Source of the DNA: Paragordius varius
Lineage: Eukaryota > Animalia > Nematomorpha
Assembly: GCA_964247055.1 (NCBI GenBank)
Contig: OZ176056.1
Coordinates: 5,394,001-5,458,000 of the forward strand
Direction: 5' to 3'
DNA length: 64,000 nt
Below the pieces are notes generated by a model. The model ran no database searches. It saw nothing but the letters and a program-made list of their open reading frames with translations, and was not told the origin of the DNA. This document shows, one piece after another, positions 37,375 through 51,825 of the stretch. Position 1 is the first letter of the stretch; the number at the start of each line of letters is the position of its first letter. A program made the translations under genes and the position numbers.

Positions 37375-38151
37375 CTGAAATATATAAATTATAAAATTTA
37401 GTAATACTAGACATATTTATACATTGTTTGTTGTGTTTATAAATTTCGCTGCAAAAGTTTATTTTGTTATTTAGTATACATAAAATATAAGTTTTAAAAA
37501 GATTGTTTATTACAATATTCGATTCTATATACAATCATAAGAGCAATTATTCGCTCTCTCAGTTATTTAATGGGTGAGTGTGTAACATATAGGTTTGTTG
37601 GTATGCTTATTTTGAGTTAAATATTTTGCAATTGGGGTTAGAGAAAAAGTTACTGTTTTCAACGAAGTATCATGTTAGTATATTATACAAACATGATAAA
37701 ACTTAATATACATCGATCATGTAAATGAAAACCCCCTCTAATTCAAATAACTGAAATGACCATTAATAGTTCTCTCTACTGCATATTAAAATCCTCATAA
37801 AAACTATTTTACTTTTAACCAATTTTAGAGTAATTTAATCTGATATCGTTAATAGTAAAGCCCAAAAATACTTTTAAGTTTAGAAATAAGAGATGTATTA
37901 AGACCATTTTACATAAAATAATAATATATATAAAATTTAGAATCTATATCTATGCATTTTAAAGCAACCTATCTTGATTTATTAAAATATAAAATAAATA
38001 TATCAGTAATAAAATCAATTATAGTGTTGAAAATTGTGCTTGCACAGCCTCTTTATTTGCAAATGCTGTTGTAAAAAAATATATGAGACTACACCATTAT
38101 TATATTTGTTAATATTATTAAGTATTTTTCTTTTAATTTAATTTGAATCAC

Positions 38152-38379
38152 CTGTGATAACTTTACCGAGATAGGTAAATCTATCATATTGTGAAGAGAC
38201 AATTATAGTTGTATTTTTGGCACACATATCGGTACTTATAGTAGCACTAGTCGCATTCAGATTGGTATACAAATTTTTTCCTTCGCATCTTACATTATAC
38301 AATGATATCCCATCAATCGAATCCCAATCCAATTTGATAGAGGAGTCATTATTTATGGTCCAGTTTATTGGGAAAGTTA
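38152..38379 (-). CDS. FN3-like exon #2 (228 nt, phase 1-1); copy at 61370-61597
   Basis: Same acceptor and donor positions as #1, 6 nt shorter, open: VTFPINWTINNDSSIKLDWDSIDGISLYNVRCEGKNLYTNLNATSATISTDMCAKNTTIIVSSQYDRFTYLGKVIT. Confidence 0.7.
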
Positions 38380-38526
38380 CTGAAATATATAACAAAATCA
38401 ATATTGTATATTATTATTCTTTGATGCAAAGTCACCCCAGAATTTTAAATCGTAATCTGAAATCTGTGATTTTACTATTAAAAATTGAAAACAAAAATTA
38501 AATATTTAACTTATATTTGATTTTTA

Positions 38527-38563
<37 letters not shown>

Positions 38564-40733
38564 TAATTTAATTTAGCTTCCTAATATTTTCTAGAAAAGG
38601 TATAAAAATATTAATATAGTTTAATAAATACAATTATAAAATTAATATGCTTTGTAAGTTAATAAAAAATATAATAGATGTAGATAACACAATAGCTAAA
38701 ATTGGGCATGTTGATTAATATTATTTTTTGAGAAATTTGAAAATAATAACATTACTTTCACTAAGTTCTAAATTAGATAAATAATATTTACATAAAAATT
38801 TTGAAATAAATGCAAAAAACTCTAAAATATACATATAAATATATATGTATATTTCCTGAACAAAATGAAATAGTGAGATAAAATTAATGTTATAAATTTA
38901 TAAATCAAACTATTTCCAAATTTAATCATAGATAAATTACAATAATAAAATTGGTGTTAATGCAAAAATGGTGCTTGAAATTTAATTTTTTAGAAGATAA
39001 ATATACATATTAAATAAACATTACTAGTTATTATTTACAAATACCGTTAAAAACAAAACATATATTCTCTTGAAATGAACATACCATTAGCATCATCATC
39101 ATTTTCTAAAAAGACAAAAAATATTTATCAACAATCAATATAAGTAACTCATTCAAAAAATCAACAATTGATGTCAATACTTAGGAAAATTATCCTGAAC
39201 AAAATAAAATAGCGCTCTTTTAAATGAACTCCAAATTAATTACAATAATAAAATTGGTGTTAATGCAAAAATATGTTTGAAATTTAATAAGATATTAGTT
39301 ATTAAATGACAGATAGCATATACAATCTATACAAATGACGTTTAAATATGAGCAATATTTAATACTTGAGAAATATTGATTTCCAAAAAATTGGTTTTGT
39401 TCAAAAAATGCAATTTTACTAATTTTCGTATCGTTGGATATATATATAAATTATCTTTCAGAAAAAAAATTTGTGGATGAAAATAAACATATAAAAGTGA
39501 TTTTAAGCATTCATATAATTTTTAGTTTCCAGTTTAAGTTTCATCAAGGTAGCGCTTACTTTATTCAAATTATTTTAATAGCCCAGACTATATTTAAATT
39601 GATATTTCAAAAGAACTACTGAATGAAATTGCCCTAATTTAAATTTATGCTTCAATATGAATTATAAAAATAGGCCGAATTTTTTAAAATTTTGTTTTGA
39701 AAAAATCTATATTAAACTATTTTGACACCATTTTTATTTTACCAAATTGCAAAATATCGTATTTATTTAATTTTTAATCTAATTTAAGTAATTTTTTGAT
39801 TTATAACACAAACATTGTCAGAAAAAATAGCTAATTACATTATTGTTATATTTAGCTAATAAACACATGTCATGTTTTATTTAGACCTACATGAGTGGAC
39901 TTATCAAGTATATAATTTATGATAAATAAATTCTTAAAGTAATGGAATATCAACGACCAATCCGTACAAATCCCTGTAACATGTTTCTACACAAATTAAT
40001 ATTTTTACTGGGATGTGTACGAATATTTGGTTGATTTTCCACTATCCTATATTGCATAAATTTTATACTTTGATCTCCCACTTATGTAAGATCTCAAAAT
40101 AAAACAGAAATTTTTTATACGCTCGCTGAATATCCTTAATTTTTACTTTTTGCCCTATTTCTATTATTTCATTTAGGTCGCAAACAAATAATAGTTTTTA
40201 CGGCAAATGAATAAGCTGTCATAATCTATAACAAAAAAAAATTTTTTTGTTAACAATTACAAAGATATCTAAAATATAAAATGTCTATAATTGTCATTAT
40301 ACCCATTCCATTTCCTGCTGGAGTTGTTACTTTGGATGGCACTGTTTTTATAAAAATGTATTTGTGAATTTATTATAAAATATATAAACTTCGCATAAAT
40401 TTTTTAAGAATTTGGTATTAATCATAACATACCATATTACAATTTTTAAATTCATAATATACTAGAACTAAAAATGGAGAATGTTGTGTGTATAGTTTTA
40501 AGTTTAGAAACAAGAGAAGTATTAAGACCATTTTACATAAAATAAAAATATTTATAAAATTTAGAATCTATTATGCATTATAAAGCAACCTATCTTGATA
40601 TATTAAAATATAAATAAATTATCAGTAATAAAATCAATTATAGTGTTGAAAATTGTGTTTATCATTTTTATATTTGTTTTTTATCATTTTATGAGTATTT
40701 TTCCTTTTAATTTAATTTAAATAAAAAAATCAC

Positions 40734-40970
40734 CTGTGATTTCAACTTCACCGCGATACAGAATTTCAGATTGTGAAGAGACAATTATGGTTTTATTGGT
40801 GAGTGAATTCATATCGGTATTTATAGTAACACTAGTCGCATTCAGATTGGTATACAAATATTTTCCTTCGCTGCTTACATTATACGATGATATCCCATCT
40901 TTCGATTCCCAATCCAATTTGATAGATGAGTCATCAATTCTGGTCCAGTTTATTTGGATAATTTTAAATT
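40734..40970 (-). CDS. FN3-like exon #3 (237 nt, phase 1-1); unit 3 copy starts at 63960 and is cut by the window end
   Basis: tctAG acceptor, GTGATT donor, open: EFKIIQINWTRIDDSSIKLDWESKDGISSYNVSSEGKYLYTNLNATSVTINTDMNSLTNKTIIVSSQSEILYRGEVEIT. Confidence 0.7.
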
Positions 40971-43900
40971 CTAGACAGATTCATACTATGCTTATATATC
41001 AAAATTTTCAATTTTTTTGTCATCTGGTTTATGAGTGTTATACTGTTTTATTTTGAAATCTTACATGAAAGGAATTATGTAGTATATAATTTTTGCAAAA
41101 TAGCATTTAAAAGTAGTGCAATATTAACCATCAATCCGTGCAAATCCCAACAAAAATATTAATTTGTTTTAAAACAAACATTCCTCAAAAGCTAGGATTA
41201 TCATGTAAAAGCTATCTGTAGGAATTATATTCGTAAAAACTTTATAGGGAAAAATATTTATTATATGGCGTTTAAAATTGAAACAAGCCTAAAATATTAT
41301 CAATATTTGGACAAAATCGGATGTAGCGTATAATTATATTATTATTTCTGTATAACTCAAAAAAACACGACCATATTAATTTAATTTATCCAAAATTAAA
41401 AATTTTCGTGCGATTTCAGCTTTTGAACAGGGCTTTTAGGTATAAATTCTCTCTAAATAAATAATTGAATTAAAATTTCTGCTTGAATCGTATAGAAATC
41501 GTTTGCATGATAATTATATCAAAGCTTTGGTACAAAATATATGATAAATCCCTTTCGGAGCAAAAATTTTTTTATTTTATATGGGCATTAATCTTTTAAA
41601 CACAATATATTGGATGTTTTATCCATATAGTATATATAAAAATTAAAATAAACAATTCAAATATGACGCTAAGTGCGTTTTGGTTTTTATAATAAGACTT
41701 ATAAACATATCTGAGAGGTTTGGATTTTTAATGATGAATAAAATTAAGTTGACGCGTTTTCACTAATATTTTTAATTTTATTTAAAATAACTTTTTCAGT
41801 ATTTGAATCGTATCTTTATTCCCTAAAGCTTTTAGCTATCAAATAATATATAGTTGACAAACATATATTTAGAGGCCATTACTACCGCAGAGTGTTAACA
41901 TTTTCGCTTTTTAATATTAGTCGATATCAATTCTCTTTGTTACATATGCCTCTCAAATTAACCAGAAATTTATACTCTCATGCTGTTATAAATTATCGTA
42001 TCATTAAAGCCTTTGTTTGCCTTATTGAACTTTTAAAAAGGATTCTGGTTTGGTTAGTTATTTAACACCAAATTTTGTACATTTTTTTAGCAAAATTGTA
42101 AATTGAGTAAATGGAATTTTAAGCCGTTCATTAATTTAATGCGCATAAACCAATATATCTCTGAATTATTCATATAATATCAGAATCTCCTACCTGTGTT
42201 GCAAATAATAAATATCTGGTAAGTAAAAATAATTTAATTGTTCTATACGAGATATATTTATAGTCTTTGCTTTTTCCACTAAGTAAAAAGCATGAGTCTA
42301 ATTTAATTGATTTCTTATCATAACACTATTGTTTTCCAGATTAACGGCAATCGATATATTGTTGTATGTTAAATTATATTTTAATTTATCTTGGTTCCAT
42401 TTCAATGTTATGGATTCGTCATCATTAATAGTATAATTACATGTTGTGTCAATTAACCATTGTTAATAAAAAAATGATATTGTTAGAATTTTTTAAAAAA
42501 TAACAAATAATATTGGTAGAAGAGCTTCATGTAATATCAAAAATTTAATTTCAATAATTTAATCTTCTATAAAGGGCACTTTATTTCAAGCAGCTGTTTT
42601 TGGGTGCATTTTAATATTATGGAAATTATTTAATAATATTCCATAATTTAAATTGGCTTGAATATCTTTGCATTTATAATTTGGGGTTAAAAGAAAATAG
42701 ATTTTTAAGATTTAATACATAATTATTTACTAGGGAAAAATTCGAGTCCCCATCATTAATAAATGATTTAAAATTTTCTTAGAATAATGTAATTTTGTTA
42801 GAAAGTATCAAATTAATTTTATTTCCTAAGTTGTTTAATACAATTAATAGCTCTCTATTATAACAATGGTTTTTAAATCTGTTAATAAATAAATATTTAT
42901 AGTTTATTTGTATTCTGTGTACATAAAAAAAGAAACTGTCTTTTTCTTATTGATTTCTAGTTCAAACTGATTCAAAAAATTAGCTATCATTTATAGAGTT
43001 GTTTAAATGTTATTTTTCTCAAATAACTACCATTAATTCGGTTAAATTAGATTATAATATAATAAAATAGACGCCAGACTTTCATAAAATTGTAAAATTA
43101 AATTATGGCCACATTTATAGATATTAAATAATGAAAGTCAAATTTGAATTATATATAATTAATTATATAATTAAATAAATTACCCTCGAAAGCTAATAAA
43201 AACCTGGATTTGTTTTTAAACTTAAGCTGATTATTCTAACATTTAATTTATATTTTATATTTACTTAGCGTGTCATAAATTAGGGACCGTTAAAAGTTTT
43301 GAGGAGTTTATTTAGAATTACCTTGACTCGCGTTTATTAAATAAAATTACAAAAACGGTATTAAGCATAATTTCCAATATTTAGCTAAATATCTAATGGC
43401 CCCAAACTAACAATTTGGTAGCCATAAAGAAGTTATTAATTACACACATCAAAAGCTTAATTAAGAATGATAGTTTATCTCAGACCGCAGAAATACTATG
43501 GATTGGACATAAACTATGTCTGGATGTCGTATGATGGATAAATTGGCTGGTAGTATTTTTTTAAAGTTTATATACTTTTTTAACAAAACACCGAATTCTG
43601 CATGTTAAAATTTAATAAGAAAATAATAAAAAACATAAAAAATTTTAAAAAACTAATTTGTATAAAATCCTTTTACGATAAAATTATGCGCCATCAAAAT
43701 CAAATAATATGTTTATATGGCGAACTATTTAAAAAAACTCTAATATTAGTTAACTATGTGTTTTTTAATTCAATATATACTAACAATGTGTGCCTCAACA
43801 TATATCAAATCATAAATAATAAAAATTCTATAATCTCTGCACTTTAATTATTAATGATTTTAGTTCGAATATTTTTTTCAAAGAATATTTACAAGATCTT

Positions 43901-46900
43901 GGCAAATAAATCAATTAAAAAATAAATACCAGCCATAGTATTTGATTTTTCATTTTCTTTAGCTTCCATCCCAGATCCATTATTTGCCACTTCTGGATAT
44001 TTTAAAATACATACTATATAATTGATATATCTAAGTTATATATTGCTAAATTGATCATAAATTAGTTTTTATAATTTAGAGACAACCCACTATATCTCTC
44101 AATCGGAAAAATATAATCTCAAAATTATGATTTTTAGCAATCGGCTATTTTTAAATAATTTGATATAATTTTTTACAAAAAATAAGTAAAGTGGTGAACA
44201 TCAGATGGTTAAATAATTCACATTTTTAAATTTAATAATTTGGCTACTTTTGTTAAAAAAGCTTTCATATAATATATAAAATAAAGTGTAATAATCCATC
44301 AGATTGAAATAATTAAATTAAATTTAATTTTTTAAATATAATCGGACTTTCATCAAAATTTAATTATTTAAAGAATTTAAAAATCATTTTTCAAACTTGG
44401 CCTCATTGTATATCATAATTTTGTGTTTAAAAATTAAAAATTCGCATATAAAAGATTAAATTTGAGCCATGTCAAAAATTAAATTATTTAGGCATGGGAA
44501 TCATGTATTAAATATTACATTAAAATTATTTTTATTCAAAAAAAACGATTAATATATCTATAATCCAAACTTCTCAAAACTTAATATAAAACAAATAGCC
44601 TACTAAAACTTTTTACGCTAATGATATCTATGAATTTTTACATAAATATTGTGCCATCAAAACTCAAATGTGTATTTTGGCGAAAAATATAGTAGAATGT
44701 GTTTTTGAATTCAATATATATATTAAATAATTTTAATGGCTTAACATATCTCAAATTATAAATTTTAAAAATTGTATGACCTCTAAAAGACTGTAATTAT
44801 GTTGATTTTAGTTGCAATCCTTTTTTAAGATAATTTGTGAGAAACAATCAAGAAAAATAATTAGATAACTATATACCAGTGATATTCTTTGGTTTTACGT
44901 TTTCTTCCATTCTAGATCCATTTGTTACTTCTGGATTTTATAATACATAATATATAACTAATATATCTAAGTTAAATATTGCGAAATCGGTCATAAATGT
45001 AGTTTTTATAATTTTCATACAACCCACTAGATATCTCAATCGGAAAATATAGAATAACTCAAAATGATTTTTAGTAGTCGGCTATTTTTGACGAGTAAGT
45101 TAAGTGTGTGAACCATCAGATTTTTCAATATAATTCAATTTTTTAAAAATTTAATAATTTGGATACTTTTGTTGAAAACCTTTTACATATATAATAAATA
45201 AAGTGCCATAATTCAGATTGAAATAATTAAAAATATTATAAAAAACAATATTTTAAATCTAATTAGAATGTCATAAAATTATTTTTCAATTTGCTATGCA
45301 TCGGACTCTAAAAATATATTTGCAAATATATTACATAACAGGTTAGTTACTCATTTTATCTAATAACCAAAATTTACATTTGGGGGTTAAAAATAATCAA
45401 TTCTTCTAAATTATTTGTTTTATAAACGGTTTTTACGTTATTGTTGTCTAAGTTAACTATAAAATTATTTTTTTTCAGAATAATATCAGCATAAATATGA
45501 TAATATATAAATAAAAAAATAATCATATTCAAAATTATATTAAAACATTGATATAAATATAACTTTTAGCTATTATATGAAAAAATATACCAATTGGATT
45601 ATTATTTTTAGCGGGCACAATGTCCATATTTCCTTTGGAATCTAAAATATTATTTAGAGTGAGGTATTTAATAATATAGTATAGATTGTTATATTAATAT
45701 AAAAACATCAGTAATAAAATGCGAGATCTAATATTTATAAGAATACATTGCAAAAAGGGTTCTGCGATCAAAAAATATACTCTTATAGGCTTATAATCAT
45801 TAAACGCTACTTGTTTTATAAATCTAAAAAAGCGTTTTTATTGATTGATAAAATATTTGTCTTTGGGAAAAATGCTATGTTTCGACTGTTCGGGAAAAAC
45901 GTTTTATTGACTGGGAAAACGTTTCGATTGAATATAATTGTTAAACATACATCAATAACAGTATGATTACACATCTATTTCAAGACAACAACTCAATTTT
46001 ATAATTATATTTGAGAGTTGACTAATCAAGACTTTGTTTCAGATATTAATACAGGAGATTCGGTGTAAATTATTTTTATAGCAGATGTATTTATCACAAT
46101 TGACTTCGCGATCCGCATTTTAGGATCAAAAATCCGAAGGGTCACATTATCGAAATTGAGCACAAACATTTTATTTAATTTTTAACATGACTGTAAAAAC
46201 TAATATTTATTTACACAATGTTGTTAATTTTTGCCAAAATTATCGAAATAGGAAAATTTGTTTTGGAAACAAAATTTTTTGATCCTAAATCTATATAAAT
46301 GGTTAGAGACCGAAGGATGATAGGCTGTGTTTTTACCCTGTGTAGTGTACTACCTTAATTGTGATACCATGTATTAAAATAATATCCACATAAACGTGAA
46401 AATAAATTTAAGAAATAGATTTTATAAAAAAGATTTTTGCTATAAAATATATTAATAAACCACTGATAAAACAACTTTTGCCATTTATAATATAAATCTA
46501 CCAGTTGTAGTGTTAGGGGCTTCAAAATCACCATTGGTTTGAATCTTATTTTGTTTTGACTCTTTAGTTTTTATTTTAATTAAAGTTTTAAAATATAACA
46601 TTTTCATAAAAGATTCAATTTTTTCTGCAGGATACCCTCTGCTAAGTATGCAATTACAATTACGCATGATCGAGATAAATTGGCCGTTAATATTTTTGTA
46701 GAGTTTGTATACTATTTAACAAAACACCGAATTCAGCATGATAAAATTTAATAAGAAAACAATTAATAACATTAATTTTTAAAAAACTAATTTGTATAAA
46801 TATCCTTTTACACTAAAATTATACGCCATCAAAAAATCAGATAATATAAGGCGAACTCTTTAAAAAACTTTAAAGTATTAGTTAACTTAAAATGTGTTTT

Positions 46901-49900
46901 TCAATTCAATATATACTAACAAATTGTGCCTCAACATATATCAAATCATAAGTAAAAATTCTATGATCTGTGCACTTTAATTATTGATAATTTTAGTTCG
47001 ACTTATTTTTCAAAGAAAATTTATTGAAAATTTAAGATCTTGGCAAAATCAATTTAAAAAATAAATACCAGCCATAGTATTTGATTTTTCACTTTCTTTA
47101 GCTTCCATTCCAGATCCATTATTTGCTACTTCTGGATATGTTAAAATACATACTAAATTGATATATCTAAGTTATATATTGCTAAATTGATCATAAATTA
47201 GTTTTTATAATTTAGAGACAACCCATAATATCTCTCAATCGGAAAAATATAATCGCAAAATTATGATTTTTAGCAATCGGCTATTTTTAAATAATTTGAT
47301 ATAATTTTTTACAAAAAATAAGTAAAGTGGTGAACATCAGATGGTTAAATAATTCACATTTTTAAATTTAATAATTTGGCCACTTTTGAAAAAGCTTTCA
47401 TATAGTACATAACATAAAGTGTAATAATCCATCAGATTGAAATAATTAAATTAAATTTAATTTTTTGAATATAATCGGACTTTCATCAAAATTTAATTAT
47501 TTAAAGAATTTAAAAATCATTTTTCAAACTTGGCCTCATCGGAGTTTAATAATATGTTTGCAAAATTATTTCTACATAAAAAGATAGTCACCTAACAAGC
47601 AAACTTTACAATTGGGGGTTTATATTTATCAATCCATTTAAAGAGAATCTTATGTTATTTGTTTTATAAGCGGTGACTTTTAAGTTCATGCCATCTATGT
47701 TTACTGTAAAATAATTTTTGAATTTGGGCACCACTGCCCTTATTTTGGTGTTATGTTACATTTGAGAATAAGACCATAAATATGATAATATAAATTTATT
47801 AGATAATGTTACTCAAAATTATATTTAACCATTGATATACGAAATATAACTTTTATCTATTAGAAAAAAAATATACCAATTGTATTTGTATTATTAGCAG
47901 GATTGTCCATGTTTTCTTTGTTAAATATTATTTAGAGTAAAGTATTTAATATTTTACATTGTTATATTAATACTAAAACATCATTAGTAAAATGCAAGGT
48001 GTAATATTTATCTGAATATATTGCAAAAAGGGTTGTGCAGTTATATAGCCTCACACAGTGGTGGAACTATAAATTGTGAGCCACCCCGCAAGCTTTAAAT
48101 ACTGGCCAACCTTTGCCCCCAAAAAAATCGTATGAAGTTATCTTTGACCTGGCGCCTCACTTAGATTCCTAAACATATATTTAAACCTATCCTACTATGA
48201 ATATTAAATTCCTAATTCAAAAGACAGCTTGTTAAGTGAAGCTTTCTCTATTTTTGGCATGCTCACATATTCGTTGATATAAACACATTGTCAACATATG
48301 CGTAGAATACGGGCCCATCTAGGAATAGCAGCGGGGAAACTGCTTAAATATATATTAATTGCTAAAAGTTATTTTTACGGAATTCGGATAAATAAATTTT
48401 GACATTTGTTTAGTGAGAATAAATTATTTTTTATGATAATATGGTTTTTTGATATTATAATAACGGGGCTTCGAACCGGTCCTAAAAAAGTATAATTAGA
48501 ACCGGGCTTTAATTTCAAAATGAATCGCTTCCTAAAACAGCAACAGGTTCCAATACGACTTCATAAATATGAAATAATGTATTGATTAAATGGAACATTA
48601 ATGTGCGGACCGCCAAGTTTTTAAATTTTGAGAATGGCCCTCTTAAATTGCCGACCATTGTTTTGTTACTCCTTATCAAAATTACGAAATCGGAAATATT
48701 GTTTTAAAGAAGCAATATTATTTGATTGCGTTAAAGCTATAGAAATGGTTAGGGAACCTTATGCTGATGGGCCGCGTAGCCCCTTAAAGCACTACCTCTT
48801 TAAATCAAAAAATATCTTTTTAAATAATTACTTTTGCCATTATGTAATATAAAATCTACCAATTGGAGTGTTACGGTCAGGCTGTCGACTCGATTCACTC
48901 TCTTTTTCTTTTGCCACTAAAGTTATTATGAAAAATAAAGTCTTAAATTTATATAATTATATTATTAATTATATCATTATAAGATTTCCATTTTTCTGTA
49001 GGATATCTGATAAAAAATTGAAATTTTTGCATTATGTAAATTATCTCAGTAAGCCTAGTGATATGTTCAGGCTACCACTGGATTCACTGTATTTTCTTTT
49101 GACACGAAAGATAATATTTTAAATGAATAAATTTATATAATTATACAAAATATATCAATATGAGATTTCAATTTTCCTGTAGGATAACCCTTGCCTCTAA
49201 GTATGCAATTAAGCTATTACGCATGATTCAGATAAATAGGCTGTTAAATATTCTTAAATTTTTTGAACAAAACACCGAATTCGGATGTTAAAATTGAAGA
49301 AGAAAATATTATAGACATATCATAATAAGTAGTTACAACAAAACCAATTTGTTTAATAATCTTTTATGTTAAAATTAATATAAAATAGCCTACTAAAATT
49401 TTTTCGATATAGTGCCATACCGCTAATGATAACATTATTGCAATCAATAATTATTACTAAACTTAGAATGTGCTTTTAAATATACTAACAAAATGTAGTG
49501 CCTCACCTTATATCAAATCATAAATAGTAAAAATTCTTTGAGCTTTAAGACACTATAACTATTGATGATTTTAGTTACAATCCTTTTTTTCAAAGAAAAT
49601 TTGTATCAAAGATCTTGGCAAAAAATTAATTGAAAAAATAAATACCAGAGATATTGCTAGGTTTTACATTCTTTCTAGATTTCATATCAGATCCAGCATT
49701 TGTTTCTTCTAAAGATTTTAAAAAACATAATAATAATTATTTTTCAATCAAATTAAATGCTAAATCGGTCATAAATGTATCATAATTTTCATTCAACTCA
49801 CTAATTCTAAAATTTATCATAAACAGGTTTACACATTTAACCTAACAATCAAAAGTTGGGATTTATTATAAAACGTTAAATATTCAGTCAAAGATATCAA

Positions 49901-50965
49901 TATATAGAGTCTTATATTTATTTGTTTTATAAGCGACTTTTACGGTCATGTCATCTAAGTTATTGTAAAATTAATTTTTTGGATTTGGGTATTGCCCTTA
50001 TTGCTGATATTACATCATATTTTTCTAAAATTGCTTATATATTAATTATGCTAAAAGAAAAATTTAATATGCCGTAAATTGGCTTTTCGATTAGCAATCA
50101 CAAGTTGGAAATAACTTTCTTTAATCTTGGGCCCTATAACAATTTTCTTACATATTTCTACGAGATTGTATATCATAATTTTGTGTTTAAAAATTAAAAA
50201 TTCGCATATAAAAGATTAAATTTGAGCCATGTCAAAAATTAAATTATTTAGGCATGGGAATCATGTATTAAATATTACATTAAAATTATTTTTATTAAAA
50301 AAAAAACGATTAATATATATATAATCCAAACTTCTCAAAACTTAATATAAAACAAATAGCCTACTAAAACTTTTTACGCTAATGATACCTATGAATTTTT
50401 ACATAAATATTGTGCCATCAAAACTCAAATGTGTATTTTGGCAATATAGTAGAATGTTTTTTTGAATTCAATATATATATTAAATAATTTTAATGGCTTA
50501 ACATATCTCAAATTATAAATTTTAAAAATTGTATGACCTCTAAAACACTGTAATTATGTTGATTTTAGTTGCAATCCTTTTTTAAGATAATTTGTAAGAA
50601 ACAATCAAGAAAAATAATTAGATAACTATATACCAGTGAGATTCTTTGGTTTTACGTTTTCTTCCATTCTAGATCCCTTTGTTACTTCTGGATTTTATAA
50701 TACATAATATATAACTAATATATCTAAGTTAAATATTGCGAAATCGGTCATAAATGCAGTTTTTATAATTTTCATACAACCCACTAGATATCTCAATCGG
50801 AAAATATAGAATAACTCAAAATGATTTTTAGTAGTCGGCTATTTTTGACGAGTAAGTAAAGTGTGTGAACATCAGATGTTTAAATAATTCACATTTTTAA
50901 ATTTAATGATTTGGCTACTTTTGAAAAAGCTTTCACATAGTATATAAAATAAAGTGTAATAATCC

Positions 50966-51825
50966 CATAGGGGTACCGATGGGGGGCAAGGGGGTGCATC
51001 ATGCCCCGAGCACCGGGGGCGCCTAAATGATCATTTTAAATTAGTAAATTATTCAAAATAATTACAACTTTCAAGTAAATTTTTTCGCAAATTACGTAAT
51101 AATACCTAAAATAATATGAAAATATAAATGAGATCAAGAACAAACATTATGCAAAAAACAACTTTCATGTGGGTATTCCCTTCAACATGTGAAAACTTAT
51201 TTGTTCGCTTAACACTTGAATACAACACATTCATTTTAGTCCTTAGATTCACATTGGGGTAGTGGGGAATAAATGCAATCTCTTTAAAACAAAAAATCAT
51301 CGTTCAATGCCCCAATCTTGGTTTTTTTCCACATGTCGGTAAAAAAGAAGGATTTGAAGTTGAGAGGTCTTAACTTTTCATTCACCAAAGAACAGATCTG
51401 GGTGTTTTAGATGCCTACTTTTTGATTGACCTAATTCCATCACCTTTTATAACTCCGCATGGTTTTAATAAATGGAGGGAAAAATGTAAATCAATCCCAA
51501 ATAGCCTCAATGATCGGGAAGCATTTACTTGGAAAGAGGCAGAAAGAAGATTGATAAATACAGGAATCGATTCTGCTCTAGAAACTCATATACAATCTAA
51601 GGATCTCTGGTGAAATATTTTTCATCGAATATTGGCCTTCATGAAATTTCTAATCACCCAATATTTCCCTTTTAGAGGACATGTTCAAATTATAATGTAC
51701 TTATCTATGGTGTTTAAGTTGCAACGTTTGTATTTTTTCAATAAATTTTTTTATTGGCTTTCAAAAAGAGGGGGCGCCATAAGAGTTTTATGCCCCGGGC
51801 GACACAAATGCTCGGTATGCCACTG
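50966..51825 (+). mobile_element. Internally deleted hAT transposon (860 bp) with remnant of TTF-zinc-finger/DUF4371-type transposase
   Basis: 8-bp TSD AATAATCC (50958-50965 and 51826-51833); empty site gtgtaataatccatcag in paralogous modules. Imperfect TIRs cataggggtaccga / cagtggcataccga and subterminal tgccccg repeats. Peptide GFNKWREK..AFTWKEAERRL..GIDSAL..KDLW*NIFHRILAFMKFLITQYFPFRGH resembles ZMYM1-like hAT transposases. Confidence 0.9.

Larger units (their letters stand above)
22628..44322. repeat. Super-unit 2 (W-MITE-Z-X-Y-MITE-RTE-R-FN3 block-spacer-W)
   Basis: Same components as unit 1 at high identity, but with a different module order and all three FN3-like exons present. Confidence 0.95.

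Noticed and set aside
46485-46667. ILSRGYPAEKIESF resembles the Penelope-like retroelement NGYP motif
   Set aside because: No PLE RT or GIY-YIG motifs nearby, and the paralog is interrupted. The 3' end of this ORF is better explained as the micro-exon at 46502-46561.
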